Shown here one piece after another: positions 24,601 through 36,851 of a stretch of 64,000 nucleotides of DNA (its first letter is position 1; every line of letters starts with the position of its first letter). The translations under genes and the position numbers were made by a program. This DNA comes from Phoronis australis (Eukaryota; Animalia; Phoronida). The stretch covers positions 124,001 to 188,000 of the forward strand of contig NMRA01000666.1 in assembly GCA_002633005.1 (NCBI GenBank), written 5' to 3'. The notes under the pieces are model-generated. The model did no database searches and was not told where the DNA came from. It worked only from the letters and a program-made list of their open reading frames with translations.

Positions 24601-27600
24601 AACAGCCCTAACAGAATAAGATGCACAAAGGGAAGAAGAAAAGAAAATTCACTGATGATGTAAAAGTTATCTCGAGACCAGCATTGAACTAAAATCTTGA
24701 ATGCCAAATTTGAGCACCAGGGGGTGCTACAGTTATTAGAATTCTTTGACCGGTAAAAATTTGAAGGTATCTTATATTTATTAACTAAGAACAGCATATC
24801 AGAACGTTTAGCTTCATGTTCGATTAATTGTGTAGCAACAAAAACACAGCCTTAAACCAGCTCAATACCACCACCTCGACCAATCGCCACGCAGCCATAC
24901 CTCGTCGTTTCCTGTCTCTATCATCTTCATCATCACTGTCTGGCCGTCGTCGTCGGTTGTCGTCATCATCATAACCCATCTCACGGTGCCGCTCTTTCCT
25001 GCGCCTAAACACGAACATTACTATTTTACAGAAGAAGCCAGCTGGATACATTACCCGGTATTACTCATTTCCCTAATCAACAGGTGAATGCAATACATAT
25101 CAGGACCCTCTCAACATCCCTATTTGACCACTTTCATCATTATCCAGTTGTTATATTGTGCGGCTGCACATTATCAGACCGTTTCCAAACATTATCCTGG
25201 ATCCGTGCCTGCCTGGTGAACACCTAGTTACCATAGATTCACAAATAACTCAAATTACACTACAAGCGTGGTGATTCTTTACTTATTGAGCACACGACAT
25301 GGCGGACTAGCGAAATTCCATTTTGTCAAATTTCTACACAAAAATAAAGAGAAATTCAGTACATTACCAGCATGGTTCGTATTGTGCAGATGCCACAACA
25401 CAACATTTGATGAAGTATTGCAGCGAAGTAATTGGCCTTTGTTAAACAGACAATGGCAATTTTGGCACGATAATATGGTTGTTGAAAGTGAACACGACCA
25501 ATCTTTGCATTTCAAAAAATAAAAAATTCACAACAAAAATACAAATACATACGAGGCACTGAATTATGAAATTTTCTAATTGACATAATTCATTCTGTGT
25601 TCTAAATTAGTGAAAACAAAGATAACAGTAGATGAACAAGAACGCACTTCTCTCGCTCCTCCAACTCTTTCTCACGGTCCAGCGCCTTCTGTCGTTTCTC
25701 TTCCTCCCGTTTACGTTTGACCACTTCCTCATAGTCGTTTGGATACAGTGGATTGTACTCGTTAGTTATGCCAGCAAATGCTGGAACAGGGTCAGAGCCA
25801 ACAAACGGCGTGGTGGAGAACGACGAGGGTGTCACAGGAGCTGCTGCTACAGCTGCTGTTGCCGCTACTGATGCTGGCAAACCTATCTTCTCCATCTGAA
25901 GAATTTTCAAAAAAAAAAATTAAACTCACCAAATTTTGATCAAAAAATGTTGGCTTGTTTTAAAATGGATAAATCTTTTTGCCACGGTTTTAATCACAGC
26001 TTTGATCTTTCAGACAATGGATAGCTGACATGTCAACCAAGCTATTGGTTCAGCAGGAAATATAAACACTACGACTAAGTTTAGTCCCACAAACATTCAC
26101 TGCTGAGGAAAACAGAAAGGTGGCTTTTCAATAAGTTAAGAAAACGTAGAGTTCACATCAACGATTTATTTAGAACAAAACATTCCAATGTGAAATAAAT
26201 TCACCCTCAAAATATTTTAATAAGCAATGATGTATTTCTGCATTTCGAGTGGCAATACAGACATGTACCAAGAAATTGCCAAAAAAACAAATATAAGTGT
26301 TGCATGAGCTTTCCTTGCTAATCAACTTGGGAGTGCCTGACATTTTGAAAAGTAGGCCCATGGTCCAATGCATTTTTCTACCTCCATCACACAGGAGAGT
26401 TCAATCCACATCTCTCATCTAATGGCATGTATGAGAGAAAGAGCCCAGAATAACTGATGCAACCACTTACACCTGCAATGATTTATTCCTGAGCTTTTAC
26501 ATCCAACATTGATTTCCAGTGAACCATCAATTAACAAAAAGACGAATTTATAAAAAAATTCAACATAGTTTTGTTTAATAGTTAAAAAGGCAGTGAATAC
26601 GTATTCCTCACTAATTTCCATTGAGTAGCAACAAGCAATACCTTTCCAGTTAGCTGATTGAACCTATACTCTCCTTCCACCGATTTCCCTTTCAGGTCTA
26701 CAACCGGCGCCATCGACTGGGGTCGCCGACGTGGTGGCAACGTTGGGCGCTTGTTTTGCAGCTGAGGCTGTAGTAACTTTAGGCCTGGTGACCATCCAGC
26801 TTAAAACAGATGGAATAGACTGGCACTAAAATTCCTCGGTAGAAAAGCTACACTTTACATAAATCATGGTGCTCACATGGATCGTACTTCCATGAGTTTA
26901 AAATTATTTCCATGCTCTATTTACGTGTTTTTTTTCAAACATAACGTAAATTGTCTTCTGGTAACTTAGGCATATTTAGTAAAGGAACTCGCGACACGAC
27001 TTTCAATATTTCATTTCCAGTTTCCATGGCCACTTGACTTTTAATTTGTCATTTTCCAAATCTTCCGTGTGAGAATCACAAAAATGTCATACATCAATCA
27101 GGCACTCTTTCTGCTTTTTGTAATTAAATCAATTTGTCATTTCAAAGCTAGCAACTATCTGCTATCTTAAAGTAGCCCACTTTTCAGATAAAAGATTTTT
27201 AGAAGGTTGTACAAACAAATGCTTGTGTTTGAATGTGACAGCTGGTTATTTCGTATGCCAAAAGTAAACCCGGCAATACAGTGGTGTCATTAATGTAGAC
27301 CTTTTGTTTCCACACAACATGCAAATATGCTATTCAAAGTAGCCAAGATTACAAAAACTTATGATGTGATTGCGAAATGGAATGAATCTTGTGAATTAGA
27401 GCAATGCAAGACGTTTTGATATGTCCACTGCATGCAACACAAATAACAAAAAAATTTCAAATATTTCCACCTCCAAGAGTGAGTGTCAAGTGAACATAAA
27501 AACTGAGTTAACACCAGTCATGTCAAAAAACTTGAGAAAAATGAGGCCAATATTAAAAACTGCCACTAGGAGGCATAGCAGAAGACAAATCAACATTGGC

Positions 27601-28471
27601 AAGACTACCATCTATAGAAATACCTACTTCAAATTTCTTCAAACTACAACATGCAAGGCAAAAAGAAAGATGATCTCCTCAAAAACTGGCCCCAAGGAAC
27701 TAAAACTGCAAATAGGGGATGCACCAGCCATTCCATAATAGGTGGGTGCTGTTATCTTGTAATCTTCATTAAAGAAACACGAGCCAAATTTCATGAAGTT
27801 CTACCCATTAACTTACCAGGTACTGTACAGAGCCAGCAGCAAAAAACCATAAATCTCAAAAGGGGGTTATTGCAATATGCGGATCTGTCTATGGAAGCTA
27901 TGCTTATGGACCTATTACAGCTTTATATTGACTAGCAATACGGCTGACCCACATTACACGGCAGTAAAACTTTCCTTTGTCCCGGAGATAAGAAAAAGCA
28001 TGAAATCGTTTTGGAAATCAGGAACATTTTCCTGTATCTTATTGATCTTGAGAAGGCAAACAATTTCACATCACGCATCCACAAGTGTTTGTTCTGTTGA
28101 TCAAACTTTCTCACATAGGAGTTGCCGCCCACAGCACAGCCGTAATACTTCATTAACATTGGGAGATTGAATAGAGTAATGCAACCAAGAAAAACTTGTA
28201 AAGAATCAGACAACAAATAACATGTGAAACTCCAATGGCATGAAAACAAGGCAGCAAATGTGCCTGACAGATGATTACCGTACTGTGCGTAAATACCTGT
28301 AGCGAGATTCAGGTATCGTTGTGTAATCTGGGACGGCCCTATTGTAATAATGTATCATACTGCAGGAACAGCTACAAGCACTCAAACCAAATTCATACCT
28401 AAATCGCTCTTGTTCCGTCTGCCGGAGCCCAGATCCTTATGATCAATGTCGACACCATCGTACAGCGACAT
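18637..28471 (-). CDS. RBM17: Splicing factor 45 / RBM17 (SF45 motif, G-patch, UHM), 400 aa
   Basis: Exons 28471-28399, 26799-26642, 25895-25648, 25004-24901, 23742-23625, 22721-22570, 21602-21532, 21036-20938, 19248-19176 and 18743-18637 are all GT-AG and phase-consistent (1203 nt). Motifs include the MSLYD start, EYNPLYPNDYE, GAAIAPP, G-patch AKLMAKMGYKEGQGLGK and UHM VILLRNMVGPGEVDEELEPE...DLHGRYFGGR. A minus-strand AATAAA lies at about 17490-17495. Confidence 0.95.
19474..19660 (+). mobile_element. tRNA-derived SINE fragment in an RBM17 intron
   Basis: A-box-like TGTCTCAGTGG (about 19478) and B-box-like GAGTTCGTATCC (about 19524), followed by body-like sequence. Confidence 0.45.
21603..21868 (-). 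repeat. Minisatellite of 10 units of about 27 bp made from the RBM17 exon 7 3' splice site
   Basis: The minus-strand unit is CTGTATTGTTTTTGCACTACATTTCAG. The last unit supplies the acceptor used in my gene model, at 21604-21603. Confidence 0.9.
23893..24608. mobile_element. PIF/Harbinger MITE, copy 2 (inverted relative to copy 1), in RBM17 intron 4
   Basis: Same TIRs and internal sequence as 10813-11381 in reverse orientation, with TAA on the right flank. An internal duplication of about 150 bp surrounds the N at 24278. Confidence 0.85.
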
Positions 28472-31400
28472 CTTCTGGATCCAAAAGTGAGCCTGTTTTT
28501 ATAAATTAATTGAAACCAAGTTTCATAACTGAAATTCAAAGTATATTTCAAAACACACCACCAGATGAATTTGAAGAACTCTTGATGAAATTCTCATTGA
28601 CTAAGTTATAGGTTCCTCACACTGGAGATAACCACTAGCAACATGTGCGAATTACATGTGGTATTTCTAATTTGTGCACTGTTGTGCATTTACAAATAAA
28701 TGGTTCTGAAAAATAAATAGTGAACTTATAGTATGGTATGATCTCTTTTAAAAAATGTAAGAAAAAAGCAAGAATAATCTCCTATCAAAACAGCTACAAT
28801 GCCATTGTGCAGCGACGGACTGAACACCTTGAAGAAATTAGGTTCCCAGTTTCAGCCTCTCTTTAATTCCAAAGCAGATTTGTATATGATCGGACAATGA
28901 ATTACGAAATCCAGTCGCATTTCCAGAGAATTTCACGCTAAACAGTACTAAACTAGTCACTATAAACAGAAATTGGCAAAAAACAATACAGCCAGAAAAA
29001 CTGCACAAGCCCTTGAATTCCTTGACCCTGTATCCACCACAGCCACCAACACTCACTAGTGTAGCAGTTTCGTATGGTTTTCAGTCATTGGAAATTGCAT
29101 GACGTCCTGAGCAACCAGTTAACAAGGTGTACCGATTTTATAAATGTGGCAGTAAAGTTTCAACAAGTTTCGCTTGCCAAAACCCATTACACTAACAAAC
29201 AACATGATTGATATCCAATCAGAGCCAAACAATTCAAACATGACACATACCGTTCAAGAAGAAAATCTCTATACGTCTTTGCCTTATGACAAACTTAAAA
29301 GATTCCACGACAAATCTAGTCCGAAGACGTTGTACTTGTAGACGCGATAACAGAATGAAGTCAGGTCCGTGTTCGTTGCGAAATTCAAACTCTGTTTAGC
29401 GCGTTTTACATATTTTTTCACTCGTGTTGTACATTCCCGACGTTTCTTTACTTTTTCCTGAGGCATCAACTACGCTTCAATACAGTTCAGGAACTATAAA
29501 ATCGAAATAAAAGAATATAAAGTGTGCATCCAAATCCAAAAACGTAACCTGGCGAACACAAACGTTTCATTACCCTGGCACACTTGGAGTTCTCGGCAAT
29601 TACTAATTGATCAAAATATATTGGGCTCAAATAACTAGACGATCTCAGTTCCCGGCTGTCAATGAGGCAACAATTTCACCATAGTGTTAGTCAGCTTAGA
29701 ACTGTAGAACTGGAATGCCAGCTTCGAAATTGCGCGGCTGAGGCTGCTCCGCGTATGCGGGGGCTTGTTTGCATTCGTTTGTTCTGTTTTTGTCTCTCGA
29801 GAACTATAGAGCTTTTAATATGTTAGAACTAGAAGGTGGAGTTTTTGTACAAACCGTCCCCTCCAGTGTAAGTTTAGAACTGTTATCACCGGAAATATCT
29901 ACCGAAGAAATTTGATCTAAATTTGTGGGATATTTTGTGGTCTTGTGGCTCTAAACATTATCAAACTGAGGATCATCTACTGGCGATTCGCAAAACCGCT
30001 GCGGGTCGTGCCGGTTACCTTGATCCCCGCGGGGTGCTGTCGATCGACGTAAGGTAAGGCCATCTACTGTTACAGTAATTTCGAAAGTTTCCTTTAAATA
30101 TATCTCGTTATGATCAAGCGCCACTTATCTCCAACACGATACCAAACATGCGCGCACCCACACTAAAATGTTGGGGGTGCCCGAATTTTAGTGACACTGT
30201 GGGACTTTTACTAACAAAAAAACGGATGAAAAACTGGGTACCACGTTCGGAGCTATGGATTGTGCGTTCGTGCCTTTTTAGTGGACATTTGTCTTGTTTT
30301 CTCGGACTCATTTTGTTTCTCTAGGGCGGACCTTTTCGCCCACTTCGCCAAATGGGTGGCTCGTTCGAGACCCGCCGAGCCCCCTTGTGTGGTGCAGGCA
30401 TGCCAAATAATAGCAAAATTTATATCCTAGCACTAGGCCAATGAAGAAAGTGTCACATTCTTTACTGTCACTTAATGACATCGTTTTCTCGTTCAGTGAC
30501 TTTTGCCAGACGTAGAGGGTTCTGAGCGTGTGATAACATCTAGCTTCTTTCAAGCACACTCTTTTATCTGTTATGACAACAAGCAGGCCACTTATCTACC
30601 AGGCTTATTACAGACCACATGTGAACACAGTCAAACTCAGACTATTCGGAAAGAATAGATTGTCGTAACTTCAGTTGCGGTTGGGAGATTTTGGTGATTC
30701 AAAAACTAAACATGATCACCATTTGACGAAGATTTCAGAAAGACTACTGGTTTATGTTCAAATATGTTATAACTTAACTTTTATTTTTAACAGCACAGAC
30801 CAATCAGGGTAGATACGATCTTATTGGAGCGGCGATTAGAGCAATTATCGAACAAAAGAGAGTAGGTCCTCCAACCATAAATGCCAGAATGGAGCTAATT
30901 AGTCGTGTTAGATATTGGCTACAGGGGAAAACTTCCCAAGTTGTTGTTGAACAACGGGAAAACGCCGTAATGAAAATTTTTCGCTCGCTCAACTCCGCCG
31001 TTTTTCAACCGGTTTGCTTAAGAGTCGTATCTATTAGAAAGCGCTTCGTCTGTTTTTGTTGGCGTATGACTATGCCGGAAGCAAAAGGTAGTAAATAATT
31101 TATTTCATGAATAGTTATCAAATCCGACAGGCTCAAAAATATTTTTTAATTCTGAAAACCAGGATTGTTATCAAACTGCGAAAAATATCAGAGTGAAATA
31201 ATGAAACCTTCATGTACAAATTGGTTGATTAATTAACTAATCAGTGAACAACTTAACGGGTAATGACAATCAATTTAGGATGAAATAGTGACAACCAGAT
31301 GCGTTATATAAATGACAAATAAACCTTCAGAGAAACAGTTTCAATGATTCAAAAGATTGCATCCGGATCAAGACAAAGATTATAGAATATGTATCCCTCA

Positions 31401-34003
31401 CAGTCGGTGGCATTCATCCAAAATTATACATCTTGATATATTAGTTAGATCTTTTGGTGCCGTTTGATACAGTAGTAGTATTTAATAAAGATTCAGCAGG
31501 CCTATGCAGTGACAGTTATAAAAATTTTATCAATTATTATCTATCCTAACTTTGCAGATAAGAGTTCTCTTATAGACAAAAGTAAGCAAAAATCTATTGT
31601 ACCGTAGAGTCATTGACATCTATTTTAGATGGCTATGATAACGGTATTCGCTTCATACATTCAAAGGGCATGTTCTTCCACTTCATAAAATAAGAGACAA
31701 AATAATTCTCAGATATATCTAATCTAGGAATCAATAAGACTTTGTATTCGCCGTTCTTAATGGCAGATTCGTTTACAAAGTAGTTTCATAGTACCAGCAC
31801 GTTCATACATTCAAGAGTACTACAGTACGATATGTTAACATCCGTGGCATGCACTGCGTAAGAGAACACAAAATAAAGTGTACATGTCTTATGGGCATAA
31901 ATGTGACGTTTTCACCGAGAACGTGATTGTCATGACGACGGGCGTTGTTCTGTTTTCAGTGTGGTATATTTTTTTCCAGATTCGTTAGTTTTTTGTGTCT
32001 AGCAAGCAACAGCATTTAACCCATCAGATCTCGCCCAATCCCATTTTTTTCTAATCTTCGGTAAACATGATGAGCGTGACGTTGGCCTATGCTAAAGTGG
32101 GTAGAAGCGGAGTGACGACTTTGCCCAGCACTTATAATTGACTATAATTAGTCAGCATAACTGCTCTGTTATAAATAATTTATTTTCAATTATTGATCAC
32201 GAATAAATTCTGATGTAAGTATGGATATCGTTCATTAGTATGACGGTATATTGACCGGTCAAACACAATTGATGGAAATGTGTTGTTTTCCTTTCGGTAA
32301 CGTTTCCTGAGCACGATTTGTTAACTTTATGAAGTTAAATGATGTTTGCAGGCAATTTCTGTGCCAACGATTACGATGTGCGTCATAAAATGGAATTCAG
32401 TGATAATCATTAGGCTTATTTTCTATAATTTCCTGATGTTGTTTTATGTGATTTATACTAAACAAACATAACGTGCCATTTTCTAAATTCGGCTTCTTGC
32501 CTTCATTACTACCATCCGGTTAACTGAGTTTGATCAAGCAACACCGTGACATTCAACGTGGTGTTCTAAAATGGCATACATCCTTCAAAAAATGTTATGA
32601 GAAGGAGATTTGACAAATTTTGTGTTAGTCCAGAAAACAGTAATCGAGACCGTTTGGTATTTTAATCTCCGAAAACGCTTTCAGTGGTATCAGTTAGTGC
32701 TTACATTCTTAAACTTGCAACTGAATTCAAATGGGATACGTGACTTTGTGAATTACACACATTTTCTGTTGAAAATTTGATACGTTAAATAAAATAGTGA
32801 GTAGACCTCCACCATAGTTAGATGTCCGGTTACATAATGCACACGACTAGTAGCACGTCTGTGAAAAAGAGGACACTCACGAAATTGACAAGCAGGATAT
32901 TTACACAATTCAATTTGCAGACTAAAACAGCAATTACGACTTTCGTAAACAAGCTTGACAACTGAAAGTGCTATCAAAGCGACGGGAATGCACTTTATCA
33001 CAATCGATGTATAATATAGCCTACGTACCTCATAGTTCCCCAACCGTTGACCGTTAATTAGTTGATGTTGGAAATCTCCGGCGTGACATTGAGCCACGCA
33101 AGTCATATATCGTGCAATAGTCTAGTTATCACTACAGATTCTATGCTAGTGAGTATCAACATATCTGATCGTCTTATGCAAGTAATGTCGTTTCCAACGT
33201 GATCATTTAGGTCCGCTTCTCAGATAAAAGGAATCCAACCATAATTTGAACTAGAAAACAATAAGTTTGTGATGGGAATCTACCCGGTACTCCGCCTATG
33301 ATTTCATTAATTTAATTAGCATAAATCGAGTACAAAAATACTAAATATTCTACCTAGGTCACTTCGCTCTTATTCATCAAGGAGTGGAACCAATTCCAAG
33401 GTCATCTCAGCCAAAACTGCAGTTGAAATCTCCAGACACACGTCACACGCACGCGCAATCTTTCTCTTCAGCAGCTTTCTTGAAATGCCTTAAATGTGCC
33501 CTAATACACTCGAGCCCTCTACACTCTATACGTTTCGCTGCTGAGTGCCACTAATATGAGTGGTGTGAGCATCTACAATGATTGTCTCCTGCTCAAGCTC
33601 ACGAAAACCAAACGGGTCGCCAAACGAAATTATGTCTTTATTTGCATCCGCGCACACAGCCTAAAAAATGAGTGTTCGAATTTTTGAGAATGTGGATCTT
33701 TTACTAAGATTCACGGGGTACTTAGAGAGTTATGAATTGTGCATTTGCCAAATTCTGATAGTTCCAGCCTTTTTCATCAGTGGACTTTTGTCTCATTTTG
33801 TACTTTTTTCGGAGCTTGTTTCCCCGAGGCGGACATTTTTATGCACCCACATATTTATATGGGGGCGGGTGCATATTGCCGTCATCTCTGTCTGGGCTTC
33901 CGGGCGTCTGCGGCTGCATCTCCTAATCCTCTTGGAGGATCTTATTGAAATTTGGCAGGGGTGTTCCTACGGTGTTAACGACAGAGGGCGACGAGTTTCG
34001 GAC

Positions 34004-36851
34004 CAGTGAGATAAATATAACTAGAGGTGACATCACGTGGTTTTCGTTGAGCAGAGTGGTCCGCCATCTTGCTGATGAACCATAGTGGGTCGTGATGCCC
34101 GTGTATTGTGCAGCATTTAACTACATATATAACTCCACACTGCATCATTTAATACCTGTAATGTAAGGCAGAAGCTTACCAAGCTCATTTTGTTCAAAGG
34201 CCAGTGAATTTTATGGTAGTCTTACAAAAACAGCATATTTGGTTCCAATTTTGATTTTTGGAAGTTGATGCGATGTGCTAGTTTTAAGTTGTCCAAATTT
34301 TGGAATAAAAATATTCGTATTATGCCAGCTTGAAGTTCAGAACGGGTCGGTATACGTTTTTCTCAGCATCGCTTGATGTCGGCGGAAATGGTTCAGGCTC
34401 TCTTTCCCCTGTGGCACCTGATTCCAGCTGAACTTGGTCGAATTTTTATTTCTATAAAGTGAGTTGGCGGTTTTCAAAATGGCCCATACGCAGGTCAGAA
34501 CCAATTTTGTAATTTTTGGTCCTTTGAGGTTTCAAGTATGGAATTTGTTTGAATCACTGGCCAAAATCTTTAAAAATGAGTGGATGCTCGTTGATGAAAA
34601 TACCTATTTGCATTTTTCTTGATTTGCATATAATTATAACTTTGAAGCCCTGTGCAACTGTGTTTTGAGTTGAAAATATAATTCAAATAAAACAAAATTG
34701 CAGGGGAGGATTAAATAGCAGAAACAATTGTTCATCCCATTTACTCCCTAGAAAGCTGTTTCAAGTTTTTAGTATTAACTTGCTAAATTAAAAAACCTTA
34801 AACCAGTTGAATCCTGAAGTGAATATTAGCAAACCATGTTCTTCAGCCGTGGCTAGTTAGAATGGATAAGTCAACAAGAAATGCACTTACATGTAGCTTG
34901 TTAGTGTGCCTGTTATATTACCTTAATCAATGGTCTACACAAGCAGTCAGATTAGCTTAATGGAAAACAGCAAAACTGTGCCAAAATAGTCTTAGCAGGC
35001 TGACATTTTTTTGTCTCGAAGCACATTTCATAAAAGCTTTGTTATTAACTGTCTTACCTGTTGCAGATAATATTTGTGTGGACTACGTGAAGTTTTAAAG
35101 AACTTTACAAAAAATGCGTTGTTTTTACACGCCATGGTTACTGGTTATTGGTGGCTGTGTTTATTTTTTTTAGTTGGTTTAGGCATCGCCTTCTCTGTCG
35201 GCCAAGCCACTTTTAAGATAATTATGGTAATTGACTGATATCTTCTCACGGGAACGATTTTTGGACGGCGCCAACAACTTTGGCGCCTCTTAGTGGCAGT
35301 TTTGTTTTTGTTTTGTTTGAGTTTTTGTAGTATCGCTGATGTTTGAAATAAATTGAAACCTATTTGGAATGGCATCTCAATGTGTTGTTTGGAATGGCAT
35401 CTCAAGGTGTTGTTTGGAATGACATCTCAATGTGTTATTTGGAATGGCATCTCAGTGTGTTGTTTGGAATGGCATCTCAATGTGTTGTTTGGAATGGCAT
35501 CTCAAGTTGTTGTTTGGAGTGGGATCTCAAGGTGTTGTTTGGAATGGCGTCTCAATGTGTTGTTTCTAAAGTTACATGTTTTTGTTACCCTTGTCATTCT
35601 CAATGTTATTGATGGAAAATCTGCGATTCCATGCATGATGCGCAGATCCATGGGGTACATTGGTATAAACATTAACATTGTGCGTACTTTATTTAAAATT
35701 CTGAATCCACCAATCACTGCTGTATTTTGACACAGGGTCTATGATACAGTGGTTTAAATTTTGAGACAATAGAGTGTCAAAATGTACACAATTGGTTTTC
35801 CACTTAGGATAAACACCAGGGTATCACTGAGGTACCACCAACAGTCTTACAGATTTATTTGTGACGGCGCAAACATGAAGACAGGCCAAGACATTTTTTT
35901 CATTTTCATAAGACGCGAATACATGTTCTTGGTTGATACAACCTGAAGTAGACAATTACAGCCAGTTTTAGGGACTGTCTGTCCAACCACATGGTACTTC
36001 GGTGGCCAACTGTGTTTCAGTGAAATTCATAGGCGGATTTATGAGAGTGGGTCCGGGCCAAGCCCCCCCCCTCCCCCAGGGGAGGGGGGTTCAAACCAGA
36101 TTGTAACTGTCCAAGTCAGATCGCCGGCGCAATCGCTTTCCCGTTTCTTTGTTTTTTGGGTGCACCCACGCAATCGTGCTTTGTGCGATTCCTGGAGACG
36201 AAATTTTGTGGCCGCGCCCTTATGATATCCTGGATCAGCTTCTGAAATTTCAGTTCAACTTGTTTCAAGGGTCAGGGGAAGTTCATAAAATTACCCGAGG
36301 CATTAAGTGGGATCTGTTTGGGCTAAATTAACGTCATGTATATTTTAGGATTGCAATGGTTGATGGGAGTGTCTTGGAGTCCTTTCCAGCTGATCATCTT
36401 ATCCGGCTTGTAAATAACTAATAATCAAATTTTGTACAATTAAAAGCTTAGCTAAAACAAAACGAGTTAATAATTAGATTCTCATGTGGGTATTTAAGAC
36501 ATCGAGGTATTTTTAAACAATTGTAAAAAGTATGCGGTGTAATTCGTAAACCGGCAAGAGATCCCAGGTCATGACGGCAACGATTCCCGGTCAAATAATT
36601 GGGGAATTATGACTTTCCGCGGCCTTATAATGACCGTTTAAGCAACGCGTGGGTCACATGATTACATTACTTTATGATACCAATATTTTAAAATCCCGAT
36701 AGTATTTAAAATTTCAAATTTTCTTCTGAAAATCTCCCTGGCTTCCATAAGGCCACCGAGCGTTTGTTTACATATCGTTCATCATCTATATGGTGGACCG
36801 CTGTCTGGCTTGCGTGTACAGTCTTGTCACCTCTATGTACATAGCTCATTG
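34004..36851 (+). mobile_element. P-element-like (or hAT) non-autonomous DNA transposon nested in the Helentron-like element
   Basis: Perfect 8-bp TSD TTTCGGAC (33996-34003 and 36852-36859). Termini are CAGTGAG.../...CTCATTG with imperfect TIRs of about 80 bp. A THAP-like start MPVYCAAFN(Y) lies at 34095. Confidence 0.75.
35363..35565. repeat. 25-bp minisatellite, about 8 copies
   Basis: Unit TTTGGAATGGCATCTCAATGTGTTG, head-to-tail with no spacers. Confidence 0.9.

Noticed and set aside
35363-35565. CRISPR-like repeat array
   Set aside because: Units are head-to-tail with no unique spacers, there are no cas genes, and the context is eukaryotic. It is a minisatellite.
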